Assembly: GCA_048939245.1 (NCBI GenBank)
Contig: JBHLPR010000011.1
Coordinates: 34,518 to 55,210, forward strand
Direction of reading: 5' to 3'
Length of the DNA stretch: 20,693 nt
Source: Promethearchaeota archaeon
GTDB taxonomy: Archaea; Asgardarchaeota; Hermodarchaeia; Hermodarchaeales; Hermodarchaeaceae
Positions 8,688 to 16,307 of this stretch are shown piece by piece. The position numbers were made by a program, and so were the translations under genes. How positions within the stretch are numbered: the first letter of the stretch is position 1; each line of letters starts with the position of its first letter. The notes under the pieces are model-generated. The model worked only from the letters and a program-made list of their open reading frames with translations, was not told the origin of the DNA and ran no database searches.

Positions 8688-9287
8688 TTACAATTCGGTA
8701 AGAGGTGTATAATCCCACTCAGTGAAAATGGTCTTTACTAATCCTACAATACCTTGAGAAAGAAAGAGAGTTTCCATGAGAAAGGCCATGAACAGAATCT
8801 CTATCCAAGCTTTGCCTACAATTCCCAATGCGATCATAAGGACGAATTCAGCGGGAATTGGAGTTAGAACCGGAACAAGAAATACGAAGAGCCAGATGGT
8901 AAAGATGCATTCTGGAACGTACCCTAAGATGACAGACAAAAAGGGGCGTTTGAAAGTCTTTTGAACTGCTCCACTGGTAAATCCTGCCATTGCTTTTCCC
9001 AATGGTAAACCTACCAGACCTACAATTCCTAGTTGACCCCAAATGTATCCAAATGCAATTCCAGGATAGATACCCACTATAGCTCCAGTGATAGCGCCGA
9101 TGATGGCGCCACCTGGAATAGCGGTCATAAATGTCCCCAAGTGACTAAGATCGAGTGAGATCTGTGTTGCTCCGAGCTGAACGGTGTTGATAGTAAGAAT
9201 CGATACTGCTGTTCCTAAAGCAGCCATTATGGCCATGTAAACGATGATCTTTGTGTTATAAGGTGATGTTCCTTTATTGACAGTCAC
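8688..9287 (-). CDS. ECF transporter S component (substrate unknown)
   Basis: 199 aa, about 5-6 TM helices. N-terminal MAIMAALGTAVS (AxxxA-type motif) followed by SLDLSH...AI.GG...GAI.G, as is typical of S components. GTG start with RBS AGGAGGT. Confidence 0.75.
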   Translation of the reverse strand: MTVNKGTSPYNTKIIVYMAIMAALGTAVSILTINTVQLGATQISLDLSHLGTFMTAIPGGAIIGAITGAIVGIYPGIAFGYIWGQLGIVGLVGLPLGKAMAGFTSGAVQKTFKRPFLSVILGYVPECIFTIWLFVFLVPVLTPIPAEFVLMIALGIVGKAWIEILFMAFLMETLFLSQGIVGLVKTIFTEWDYTPLTEL

Positions 9288-9325
9288 AAGAGAACCTCCT
9301 TAGGAGAGGGCGCTTTGACGGTTTC

Positions 9326-9347
9326 TGGTATTTAAGAGTAGCTACTC
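9326..9347. promoter_or_regulatory. TATA-like element with an adjacent perfect 12-bp palindrome in the divergent S-component/gcvP promoter region
   Basis: TATTTAAG at 9329-9336 (CTTAAATA on the - strand) abuts GAGTAGCTACTC at 9336-9347. Confidence 0.45.
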
Positions 9348-9427
9348 GTTTTTGAGTTGAACCGCTTCATGGTTGTGGAGAAAGTTATTTGTGATTCGAG
9401 TAAAGGAAGAGTGGTGAGGTTGATTCA

Positions 9428-10843
9428 GTGTCGAAGTTCCGCCATTCGTTTTTACCAACAGCAGGTGAGCAAGAAATCGAAATGCTTTCTACCCTTGGAA
9501 TCAAAAGCATCGATGAATTATTTGACGACATACCTTCCAAATTTCAGTTAAAAACGCGTTTGAAAATACCCCGAGGATTATCTGAAAGAGAAGTGTGCAC
9601 GAAAGTTTCCGAGTTTCTTGCCCAAAACTGGGACCCACAAAAGAGTATCAGTTTCTTAGGTGGTGGTGTGTGGTCACATATCATTCCTGAAGCAGTTAAA
9701 GCCATTGTAGGACGCACTGAATTCTTAAACTCATATACACCGTATCAGGCAGAAATTAGTCAAGGAATCCTGCAAGCGCTGTTTGAGTACCAGAGCCTGA
9801 TGGCTGAATTAGTCGATCTTCCAGTTGTAAATGCATCTATGTATGATTGGGCCAGTGCCTTGGGAGAGGCGGCATTAATGGCGGGTCGAGTTACGAAACG
9901 TGGAACTTTTATTATTCCTCAGCTCATTTCGCCAAATCGTCGAGCAGTTTTACACACCTATACAGAGCCGGCAGGAATTAGAATTGAGAGTGTCGGCTAT
10001 CATGCACAGACAGGACAACTAGATATCGAGGCGCTAAAAGCTCTCTTCGACTCCAATATAGCTGGTGTCTATTTTGAAAATCCAGGATACTTAGGTGTCC
10101 TCCAAGAGGATGTTGATGCGATTTCTGAGATCGTTCATGATTCGGGGGCGCTTCTGGTGGTCGGTGTTGACCCCATTTCGTTAGGCGTCCTTCGACCCCC
10201 AGGAGATTATGGCGCAGATATTGTGATTGGTGAAGGACAACCCTTGGGCACTCCGTTGAATATGGGTGGTCCCTTATTGGGTATTTTTGCGAGTCGGGAT
10301 GAAAGAAGAATCTTGCGGCAACTTCCAGGCCGTATTATCGGTTTGACCTCAACACAAGATGGAAAAGAAAGGGGATTTGTAATGACGATTCAAGCTCGGG
10401 AGCAGCATATTCGTCGAGAAAAAGCCACCTCTAATATTTGCTCAAATCAAGCCCATTCAGCCTTAACAGCAGCAGTTTATCTCTCGTTATTGGGATCCCA
10501 GGGCATGGTAGAACTTGGAGAGAAGATTCTCCAACTTCGCTATTATGCTGAGCAACAGTTGAATGCCATTGAGGGAATTAAAGCACCGTTGTTTGACGCT
10601 CCACATTTCAAGGAATTTGTAGTTTCAATAGAAAAGAGTGGAAAAACAGATCACAAAAGAACCGAGATAAGAGAGGCGTTGGAGAAAATTCAACAATGTG
10701 GAATATTGGCCGGAGTGCCTTTGGACCAGTCTTTTCCTGAATTGGGGCAGTCGGCATTAGTATGTGTTACTGAGATGCACACACAGGAGGCAATAGACCA
10801 ACTTGCAATTGCCGTTCAACAGGCTATGGAGGGTGAGCAATGA
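9428..10843 (+). CDS. gcvPA: Glycine dehydrogenase (decarboxylating) P-protein subunit 1
   Basis: SFLGGG, EFLNSYTPYQAEISQGILQALFEYQS, NASMYD, PGDYGADI, REQHIRREKATSNICSNQA. Confidence 0.96.
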   Translation: MSKFRHSFLPTAGEQEIEMLSTLGIKSIDELFDDIPSKFQLKTRLKIPRGLSEREVCTKVSEFLAQNWDPQKSISFLGGGVWSHIIPEAVKAIVGRTEFLNSYTPYQAEISQGILQALFEYQSLMAELVDLPVVNASMYDWASALGEAALMAGRVTKRGTFIIPQLISPNRRAVLHTYTEPAGIRIESVGYHAQTGQLDIEALKALFDSNIAGVYFENPGYLGVLQEDVDAISEIVHDSGALLVVGVDPISLGVLRPPGDYGADIVIGEGQPLGTPLNMGGPLLGIFASRDERRILRQLPGRIIGLTSTQDGKERGFVMTIQAREQHIRREKATSNICSNQAHSALTAAVYLSLLGSQGMVELGEKILQLRYYAEQQLNAIEGIKAPLFDAPHFKEFVVSIEKSGKTDHKRTEIREALEKIQQCGILAGVPLDQSFPELGQSALVCVTEMHTQEAIDQLAIAVQQAMEGEQ

Positions 10844-12363
10844 TGTTCCGTCAAGCAAAGTGGGATGAACCCCTGCTTTTTGATCGATCTAGGGTCGGAG
10901 CTGTGGGTTATTCACTACCCGAACTTAGCAACGCTATTCGCAAAATGCTTCCCAAGCCCATTTTAACAATCCCAAAGGGCTTACGTCGAAAAACGCCTCC
11001 GTCATTACCGGAGCTATCAGAACCCGAAGTCGTTCAACATTTCATTCGTCTATCGCAGATGAATTACAGTGTTGATTTGGGGTTATACCCTTTGGGTAGT
11101 TGTACAATGAAATATAATCCACCAATGAATGAGGAAATCATCAAAAACCCAACCTTTTCCCAATCTCATCCATCCCAAGATTGTTCAACGCTTCAAGGCA
11201 TTCTTCGAATTCTATTTGAATTACAAGAATGGCTATCAGAAATTACTGGAATGGACCAACATTCATTACAACCTGCAGCGGGTGCTCAGGGTGAATTAGC
11301 TGGAGTCCTCATCATTCGTGCATACCATAAGGATCAAGGTGAACTTGAAACACGTCGACAAATTATTGTCCCCGACTCTGCACATGGAACTAATCCAGCC
11401 AGTGCATCGATGGCAGGATTCGATGTGTTGGTAGTTCCTTCGAACAAACAAGGCCAAATTGATATACAAGCTCTTAAGAGCGCAGTCTCGAGACAAACCG
11501 CTGGCTTGATGTTAACCAATCCGAATACCCTCGGACTATTTGAGCAAGAAATCGAAACCATCGCATCAACGGTTCATGAAGCGGGTGGTTTACTTTATTA
11601 TGATGGTGCGAACCTAAATGCAAATTTAGGACGAGTGCGACCCGGAGATATGGGTTTCGATATCATCCATACGAACTTACATAAGACATTTGCAACGCCG
11701 CACGGGGGTGGTGGTCCTGGTGCAGGTCCAGTTGGAGTAAAGCAGCACCTTGCAGAATTTCTCCCTATCCCTGTTATTTCATTTGACGGAAAGCAGTACT
11801 TTTCAGATATTGATCGTCCGAAATCGATTGGGCGCCTACATGGTTTTCATGGAAACACCGCGGTGTTACTGAAAGCGTATGCCTATATTATGCGGATGGG
11901 CTGGCAAGGATTGCATGCGGTTTCAAATCATGCGGTATTAAATGCAAACTATCTGATGAAAAAAATTGAACACATTAAAGGCTACAGCATTCCTTATGCA
12001 CCTGGTATATGGCGAAAACACGAAGTCGTTGTTAGCGCCAAACCCCTTGAACATGATACCGGAGTTAATGCACGAGATGTGGCGAAGGCGTTACTTGACC
12101 GGGGCTTACACGCGCCTACCTTTTATTTTCCAATGATTGTGGAAGAAGCATTGATGATTGAACCAACGGAAACATTCAGTAAAGCAGAATTAGACCGCTT
12201 CGTTGATGCATTGGAAGAGATCGCTGAACAAGCATATACTGACCCGAAGCTTGTATGTAATGCCCCTCAAAATACAGCCATTAAGCGGCTTGACGAAGTG
12301 AAAGCAGCTCACCCACGTACAATCACGTTAACATGGCGGATGCTCCAAGAAAAGAAGCAATAG
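10840..12363 (+). CDS. gcvPB: Glycine dehydrogenase (decarboxylating) P-protein subunit 2
   Basis: YPLGSCTMKYNP, LQPAAGAQGE, PDSAHGTNPASA, YYDGANLNA, PLP-lysine motif NLHKTFATPHGGGGPG, MIEPTE. ATGA overlap with gcvPA. Confidence 0.97.
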   Translation: MMFRQAKWDEPLLFDRSRVGAVGYSLPELSNAIRKMLPKPILTIPKGLRRKTPPSLPELSEPEVVQHFIRLSQMNYSVDLGLYPLGSCTMKYNPPMNEEIIKNPTFSQSHPSQDCSTLQGILRILFELQEWLSEITGMDQHSLQPAAGAQGELAGVLIIRAYHKDQGELETRRQIIVPDSAHGTNPASASMAGFDVLVVPSNKQGQIDIQALKSAVSRQTAGLMLTNPNTLGLFEQEIETIASTVHEAGGLLYYDGANLNANLGRVRPGDMGFDIIHTNLHKTFATPHGGGGPGAGPVGVKQHLAEFLPIPVISFDGKQYFSDIDRPKSIGRLHGFHGNTAVLLKAYAYIMRMGWQGLHAVSNHAVLNANYLMKKIEHIKGYSIPYAPGIWRKHEVVVSAKPLEHDTGVNARDVAKALLDRGLHAPTFYFPMIVEEALMIEPTETFSKAELDRFVDALEEIAEQAYTDPKLVCNAPQNTAIKRLDEVKAAHPRTITLTWRMLQEKKQ

Positions 12364-12413
12364 AGCTACTTCAGATGATATTCTGGTAAACTCTGCATCA
12401 ATAGTGTTTGAGT

Positions 12414-13145
12414 CTATCCCCGTTTCTTCCTGCCTGATCTTTTGGGTGCGATAAGTCCAACTTTACGACCTGGTGGTGCTGTACGTGGCACCGAACTTGG
12501 ACCACCTGGTCGTTGTTTGTTTCCCCCGCCATGTGGATGGCTACAGGCATTCATTGCAACGCCACGAACCTTGGGGTATGTGAGGCCCTTGGCGTACCGG
12601 TGTTTGTGTTTACTACCGGCTTTCAGAAAAGGTTTTTCAGGCCGCCCACCGCCAGAAACCACCCCTATTGTGGCTCTTGCCGTGGAACTAAAAGCCCGGG
12701 TCTTACCGGATGGCAAACGTATGGAAGTTTTTCCACGAGAATGCGTAACGACAGTTGCATATGTGCCGCTTGATCGGACGAACTTACCACCATCGCCAGG
12801 TTGACTTTCAATATTGAAAACAGGCGTTCCCTCCGGGATTTTTCCAAGAGGTAAAATATGACCCGCTCGAACACCAGCCTTAGACCCGATTCGTATATCC
12901 TGTCCTACTGCTGTTCCCTCCGGGACTAGAGATAGACAAGTCTCACCATTTTCAAAACGAAGTGCAGCGATAGGAGCCCCTCGACCGGGATCATGCATAA
13001 GATCTACAACTTCAGCCAGAAGATATCCGCGTTTGTTCATCATGGCTAAGGGAGGATATTTTACTGGACCACGTCGTCGGTGACTTTTTGCACGGAAGGT
13101 TGGTGAGCCACGACCGCGACGTTGTACTAAGATTCGTTTACCCAT
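12414..13145 (-). CDS. rpl2: 50S ribosomal protein uL2
   Basis: MGKRILVQRRGRG, HDPGRGAP, GGGRPEKPFLKAG, VRGVAMNACSHPHGGG, APPGRKVGLIA. Confidence 0.98.
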   Translation of the reverse strand: MGKRILVQRRGRGSPTFRAKSHRRRGPVKYPPLAMMNKRGYLLAEVVDLMHDPGRGAPIAALRFENGETCLSLVPEGTAVGQDIRIGSKAGVRAGHILPLGKIPEGTPVFNIESQPGDGGKFVRSSGTYATVVTHSRGKTSIRLPSGKTRAFSSTARATIGVVSGGGRPEKPFLKAGSKHKHRYAKGLTYPKVRGVAMNACSHPHGGGNKQRPGGPSSVPRTAPPGRKVGLIAPKRSGRKKRG

Positions 13146-13160
13146 CTTTTTTACCTCCGA

Positions 13161-13424
13161 TTAGAATAGCCCTAATTTGACTGCGAGGTCAGCAGCATTA
13201 TGTTCAGGAGAAAGTTTCACTAGAGCTTTCTTCTTCCCCTCGGGAGTAATCATGGTGTTTACCTTGACAACTTTTACTTCATAGAGTAACTCAACTGCAT
13301 CATGAATTTGTCCCTTGGTAGCTCTGCGGTTGACGATGAAGGTTAACCGATTTTCTTTTTCTACGATTTCTGAGGCGCGCTCAGTAATCATCATCCGAAT
13401 AATTACATCATAAGGGTCCATCAT
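13161..13424 (-). CDS. rpl23: 50S ribosomal protein uL23
   Basis: TERA.....ENRLTFIV...ATK..I..AVE.LYEVKV.KVNTMIT..GKKKA.VKL. Operon position, and TAATG overlap with the rpl4 stop. Start is 13424 or 13421. Confidence 0.96.
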   Translation of the reverse strand: MMDPYDVIIRMMITERASEIVEKENRLTFIVNRRATKGQIHDAVELLYEVKVVKVNTMITPEGKKKALVKLSPEHNAADLAVKLGLF

Positions 13425-14212
13425 TACCCACCATCCGAGCCACCATTTTCAAGCGCTGTTATTGCTGATTTAGTCCAGATTGTTAAGCGCCCTGGTTGTG
13501 TTCCCGGTGCTAGAGCTTCAGCATTGAGTTTTGAGACATAAACAACATTTACACCTGGAAGATTACAAGCTGCACGACGTATTCCCCCATCCTTTGCTAT
13601 GATAATTAGGGGACCAACAGGTCGTCGGTATTTACGTCCACGACGTCGAGCATTTCCCCCTCGAATTTTTCGACCGTTTTTCACACGAACAATATCACTC
13701 CATATACCAAGGTTTTCGAAGACCTCTTTTACTTCCTCAGTCGACTGTAAATCTTGAAACTTGTCCAGTATTACGAGAGGAAGTTGCTCAGCCTCAAAGA
13801 GATGACCCCTCGAAGAAACGAGATCCAGATTTCCTGTAGCCGCTATAGCGGAGCGAATTGCCAACCGACGCTCCTTCTTATTAATTCGTTCCTGGGAATT
13901 CTTTGCTGCCTCCGGAGGATGTGTCCTTCGTCCACTAACCGTGAATGGTGCAAAAGCACCGTGTGAGGCACTCCGATAACCCTGCCCTTTTCTCCGTGGA
14001 ACTCGTGCCTTCCCATGGCCAGTGCCCCAAGATTCAGCGGAAGTACGTTTCCCAGCTATTGGGTCCACACCGTGTCTCTGATATCTGGCGGATTGCTGAG
14101 CAAGCACTGCACGTTTAATAATATCTCTTCGAAGTGGAGTCTCAAAGACTGTAGGGAGAGTAACTGATCCCTTAGTCTTTCCTTCTAATGTATGAACCTT
14201 AACGGAAGCCAT
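13424..14212 (-). CDS. rpl4: 50S ribosomal protein uL4
   Basis: TSAESWGTGHGKARVPR, GRRTHPP, RINKKERRLAIRSAIAAT, LAPGTQPGRLTIWT. RBS GAAGGAGG before ATG 14212. Confidence 0.97.
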   Translation of the reverse strand: MASVKVHTLEGKTKGSVTLPTVFETPLRRDIIKRAVLAQQSARYQRHGVDPIAGKRTSAESWGTGHGKARVPRRKGQGYRSASHGAFAPFTVSGRRTHPPEAAKNSQERINKKERRLAIRSAIAATGNLDLVSSRGHLFEAEQLPLVILDKFQDLQSTEEVKEVFENLGIWSDIVRVKNGRKIRGGNARRRGRKYRRPVGPLIIIAKDGGIRRAACNLPGVNVVYVSKLNAEALAPGTQPGRLTIWTKSAITALENGGSDGG

Positions 14213-14228
14213 GTTAAATCCTCCTTCA

Positions 14229-15230
14229 CTATTTCTTCGCAGTAGTACTGATATAGACAATTTCTGGTGGTTTATCTGGTACTGGTTTTGGTCGACTTGG
14301 GACGCGGAGGCGCACTAATCTTCGAGACGGACCGGGTATTGAACCGTCAATTAGGAGGAAATCAGATTGAACGTTCCCGTAATGCGGAAAGCCCCCCGCT
14401 GGGGTGATGTCGTCGCTTTTTTCACCAATCCTGAGTAGCCTTTTGTTGTATTCTGTTCGCTGGTGGAAGCCCATCTGTCCAGCCCGGGGAACGGTATACA
14501 TAATACGGTTTGGATGCCAAGGACCGAGAGTTCCTACGGCGCGAATTCGTTTACGTGATTTATGTGGAAGTTTTGAGACTCCGAAGCGTTTTACCACGCC
14601 TTGGAATCCTTTTCCTTTGGTAACAGCAATAACGTCCAGAAATTGGCCTGGTTGAAATATATCCCGAACGCGGATTTCTTGTCCGATTAGTGGATTCACA
14701 TATTCGAATTGTTCCTCGATTGTCCCCCCGAATATCGCACATTCAATTATCTCAGGTTTCTTTTTTCCAATTCCAGCTTGTTTTGGCTGCGTTAGAAGAC
14801 GGGCGCGTATTTGTTTAATTTCCTCTAGTGATTTTGATAATTTGTTCATAGAGTCTTTAGCATCGTAGTCCTTTGACCAAGGCATTAAACGGCGGATGTC
14901 CCGAGGAAGCTTATCCATCCAAGTTTCGCCTATAACTTTTAATTCGCCACCATTTTGCCCGTATCCGCGAATTCCTGCAACGATCATTGGTGGAGTGTCG
15001 ACTATTGTTACTGGACGGTTGATTTCTCGACCAAACCAGGGGCTATTTGGCTTATCATCGATGAGGACCACATGTGTCATACCGACTTTGTACCCCGCAA
15101 AGCCAAGAATATGGGGATCAGCTGCTTGTTCAGGCCAATGGCGAACCCGTCCACTAACCCGACGTACACGTTTGCGTGGGCGGTAGGAAAGACTACCATG
15201 TCTTGGGGCGCTTTGTTTTCGGTGACCCAT
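14229..15230 (-). CDS. rpl3: 50S ribosomal protein uL3
   Basis: MGHRKQSAPRHGSL.YRPRKR, GFAGYKVGMTH, AVTKGKGFQGVVKRFG, GTLGPWHP, RAGQMGFHQRTEYNK. Start at ATG 15230. Confidence 0.98.
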   Translation of the reverse strand: MGHRKQSAPRHGSLSYRPRKRVRRVSGRVRHWPEQAADPHILGFAGYKVGMTHVVLIDDKPNSPWFGREINRPVTIVDTPPMIVAGIRGYGQNGGELKVIGETWMDKLPRDIRRLMPWSKDYDAKDSMNKLSKSLEEIKQIRARLLTQPKQAGIGKKKPEIIECAIFGGTIEEQFEYVNPLIGQEIRVRDIFQPGQFLDVIAVTKGKGFQGVVKRFGVSKLPHKSRKRIRAVGTLGPWHPNRIMYTVPRAGQMGFHQRTEYNKRLLRIGEKSDDITPAGGFPHYGNVQSDFLLIDGSIPGPSRRLVRLRVPSRPKPVPDKPPEIVYISTTAKK

Positions 15231-15345
15231 GGATTCCACTTCCAAGGGAAGCGATATCTGGGGAGGCAAGTTCGGTTGCAATAAAGAATTGCCTCTACCA
15301 GCTCAACGGCTCGGAAGCGGTTTGAGCGATTTAAGTCTTTCGTAC
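15231..15345 (-). promoter_or_regulatory. Putative rpl3-operon promoter (BRE/TATA-like GAAAGACTTAAAT) and structured 5' leader
   Basis: GAAAGACTTAAAT on the - strand at 15329-15341, followed by three stem-loops before the ATG (15301-15327, 15258-15301, 15237-15253). Confidence 0.5.
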
Positions 15346-15629
15346 TCCTAAATCCAAAAGAAGCCTCAATGACGCATCGAGAGGTCCGATGACACAAAGA
15401 CATTCACCGATATTCCTGTGAACTGCTTGCTCAGGAGGAGACAGGCTTCTTGTTTCATTACGTCTCTAATGGGACCGTTTGACAGGTCTACTTGCCGTTC
15501 CAGAGATTTTGTCCGGTTGTATTGAATCTTGGTTCTCGATATCAAACCGGAGCCTCGATGAGGCTTTTCACCGGAGAATTTAAACACCACTAAATATTTT
15601 CACACTAAGAGCTGTGTAATTTTTACCAA

Positions 15630-15741
15630 GCCGGGATAGCCAAGTGGTTACGGCGCGGGCCTTGAGAGATGCTATCGAGTGTCATCCAAGGGAGCCTGTG
15701 ACCTTTGGGTCGCAAGGGTTCGAATCCCTTTCCCGGCGCCA
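15630..15741 (+). tRNA. tRNA-Ser(UGA) with a 26-nt intron at canonical position 37/38 (intron 15667-15692); CCA encoded
   Basis: Acceptor stem GCCGGGA/TCCCGGC, discriminator G73, then CCA. D-arm GCC..GGC. Anticodon stem CGGGC/GCCTG with anticodon TGA at 15663-15665. Long variable arm GACC-TTTG-GGTC. T-arm AAGGG-TTCGAAT-CCCTT. Perfect bulge-helix-bulge: CTTG/CAAG helix, AGA and GGA bulges, outer GATG/CATC helix. Confidence 0.95.
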
Positions 15742-15750
15742 TTTTTGTTT
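15742..15750 (+). terminator. Oligo-T tract after the tRNA
   Basis: TTTTTGTTT immediately follows CCA, as expected of an archaeal T-rich terminator. Confidence 0.5.
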
Positions 15751-15855
15751 CCCTAACTAGGGATTGATTACTATGGATTGTGAATCTAACTAAATCCCAA
15801 TGTTAAAATGGAAAAACTGATTCATGTGTCTCTGTGCTTCATTCGGTGATGATCT

Positions 15856-16278
15856 GTGGAATTCGAGTATTCTGATGAGATTACTTCAGACCAATTGTTC
15901 CGTGCGTATGGATCCACATTACCGGAGGTCTTCCGAGCTGCAGCCAGAGCGATGTTTGGTGTCATGTATGACTTGGAAGAAATTACACTAGAAACTGAAA
16001 TCAATGTATGTGCCCAAGGGCGCGATGAAGAACACCTGCTATATGATTGGCTATCTAATCTATTAATCGAATTCGAGGTTGAAGGTGTCTTCTTTGCCGA
16101 TTTCGCCATTACATCGATTAACGAGACATCAAAAGGTGAATTACAGCTTGTAGGTATCGCAAAGGGAAGTCAGAAGATGCCTGAATTTCGTACCCATGTA
16201 AAGGGTGTGACACTTCACCGGTTCTCTCTTCAAAGGGTTAATAACCGATACATGGCTACGATTGTTGTAGATATTTGA
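15856..16278 (+). CDS. Archease (RtcB activation cofactor)
   Basis: FEYSDEITSD..FRAYG.TL.E.F..AA.AMF, LLYDWLSNLL, VKGVTLH, C-terminal IVVDI. Directly upstream of rtcB. Confidence 0.92.
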   Translation: MEFEYSDEITSDQLFRAYGSTLPEVFRAAARAMFGVMYDLEEITLETEINVCAQGRDEEHLLYDWLSNLLIEFEVEGVFFADFAITSINETSKGELQLVGIAKGSQKMPEFRTHVKGVTLHRFSLQRVNNRYMATIVVDI

Positions 16279-16307
16279 GATAACGAAATCCGAAGGTATG
16301 AGACACA

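Noticed and set aside
15366-15590. 74-aa minus-strand ORF as a protein gene
   Set aside because: No recognisable motif or RBS, and the start lies in an AT-rich promoter-like patch. Not excluded, but unsupported.
15240-15600. RNase P RNA or SRP RNA
   Set aside because: The size is compatible, but I found no P4 motifs (GAGGAAxxUCC / ACAGAAxxxGGCUUA) and no SRP helix-8 GGAA/AGCA motif on either strand, and GC content is low.
15667-15692. Intron-encoded C/D guide RNA
   Set aside because: Only 26 nt, with no RUGAUGA or CUGA boxes.
15630-15741. tRNA-Sec or a suppressor tRNA
   Set aside because: After removing the BHB intron the anticodon is UGA (reads UCA, Ser), not UCA. The 7/5 acceptor/T stems and G73 fit an ordinary tRNA-Ser.
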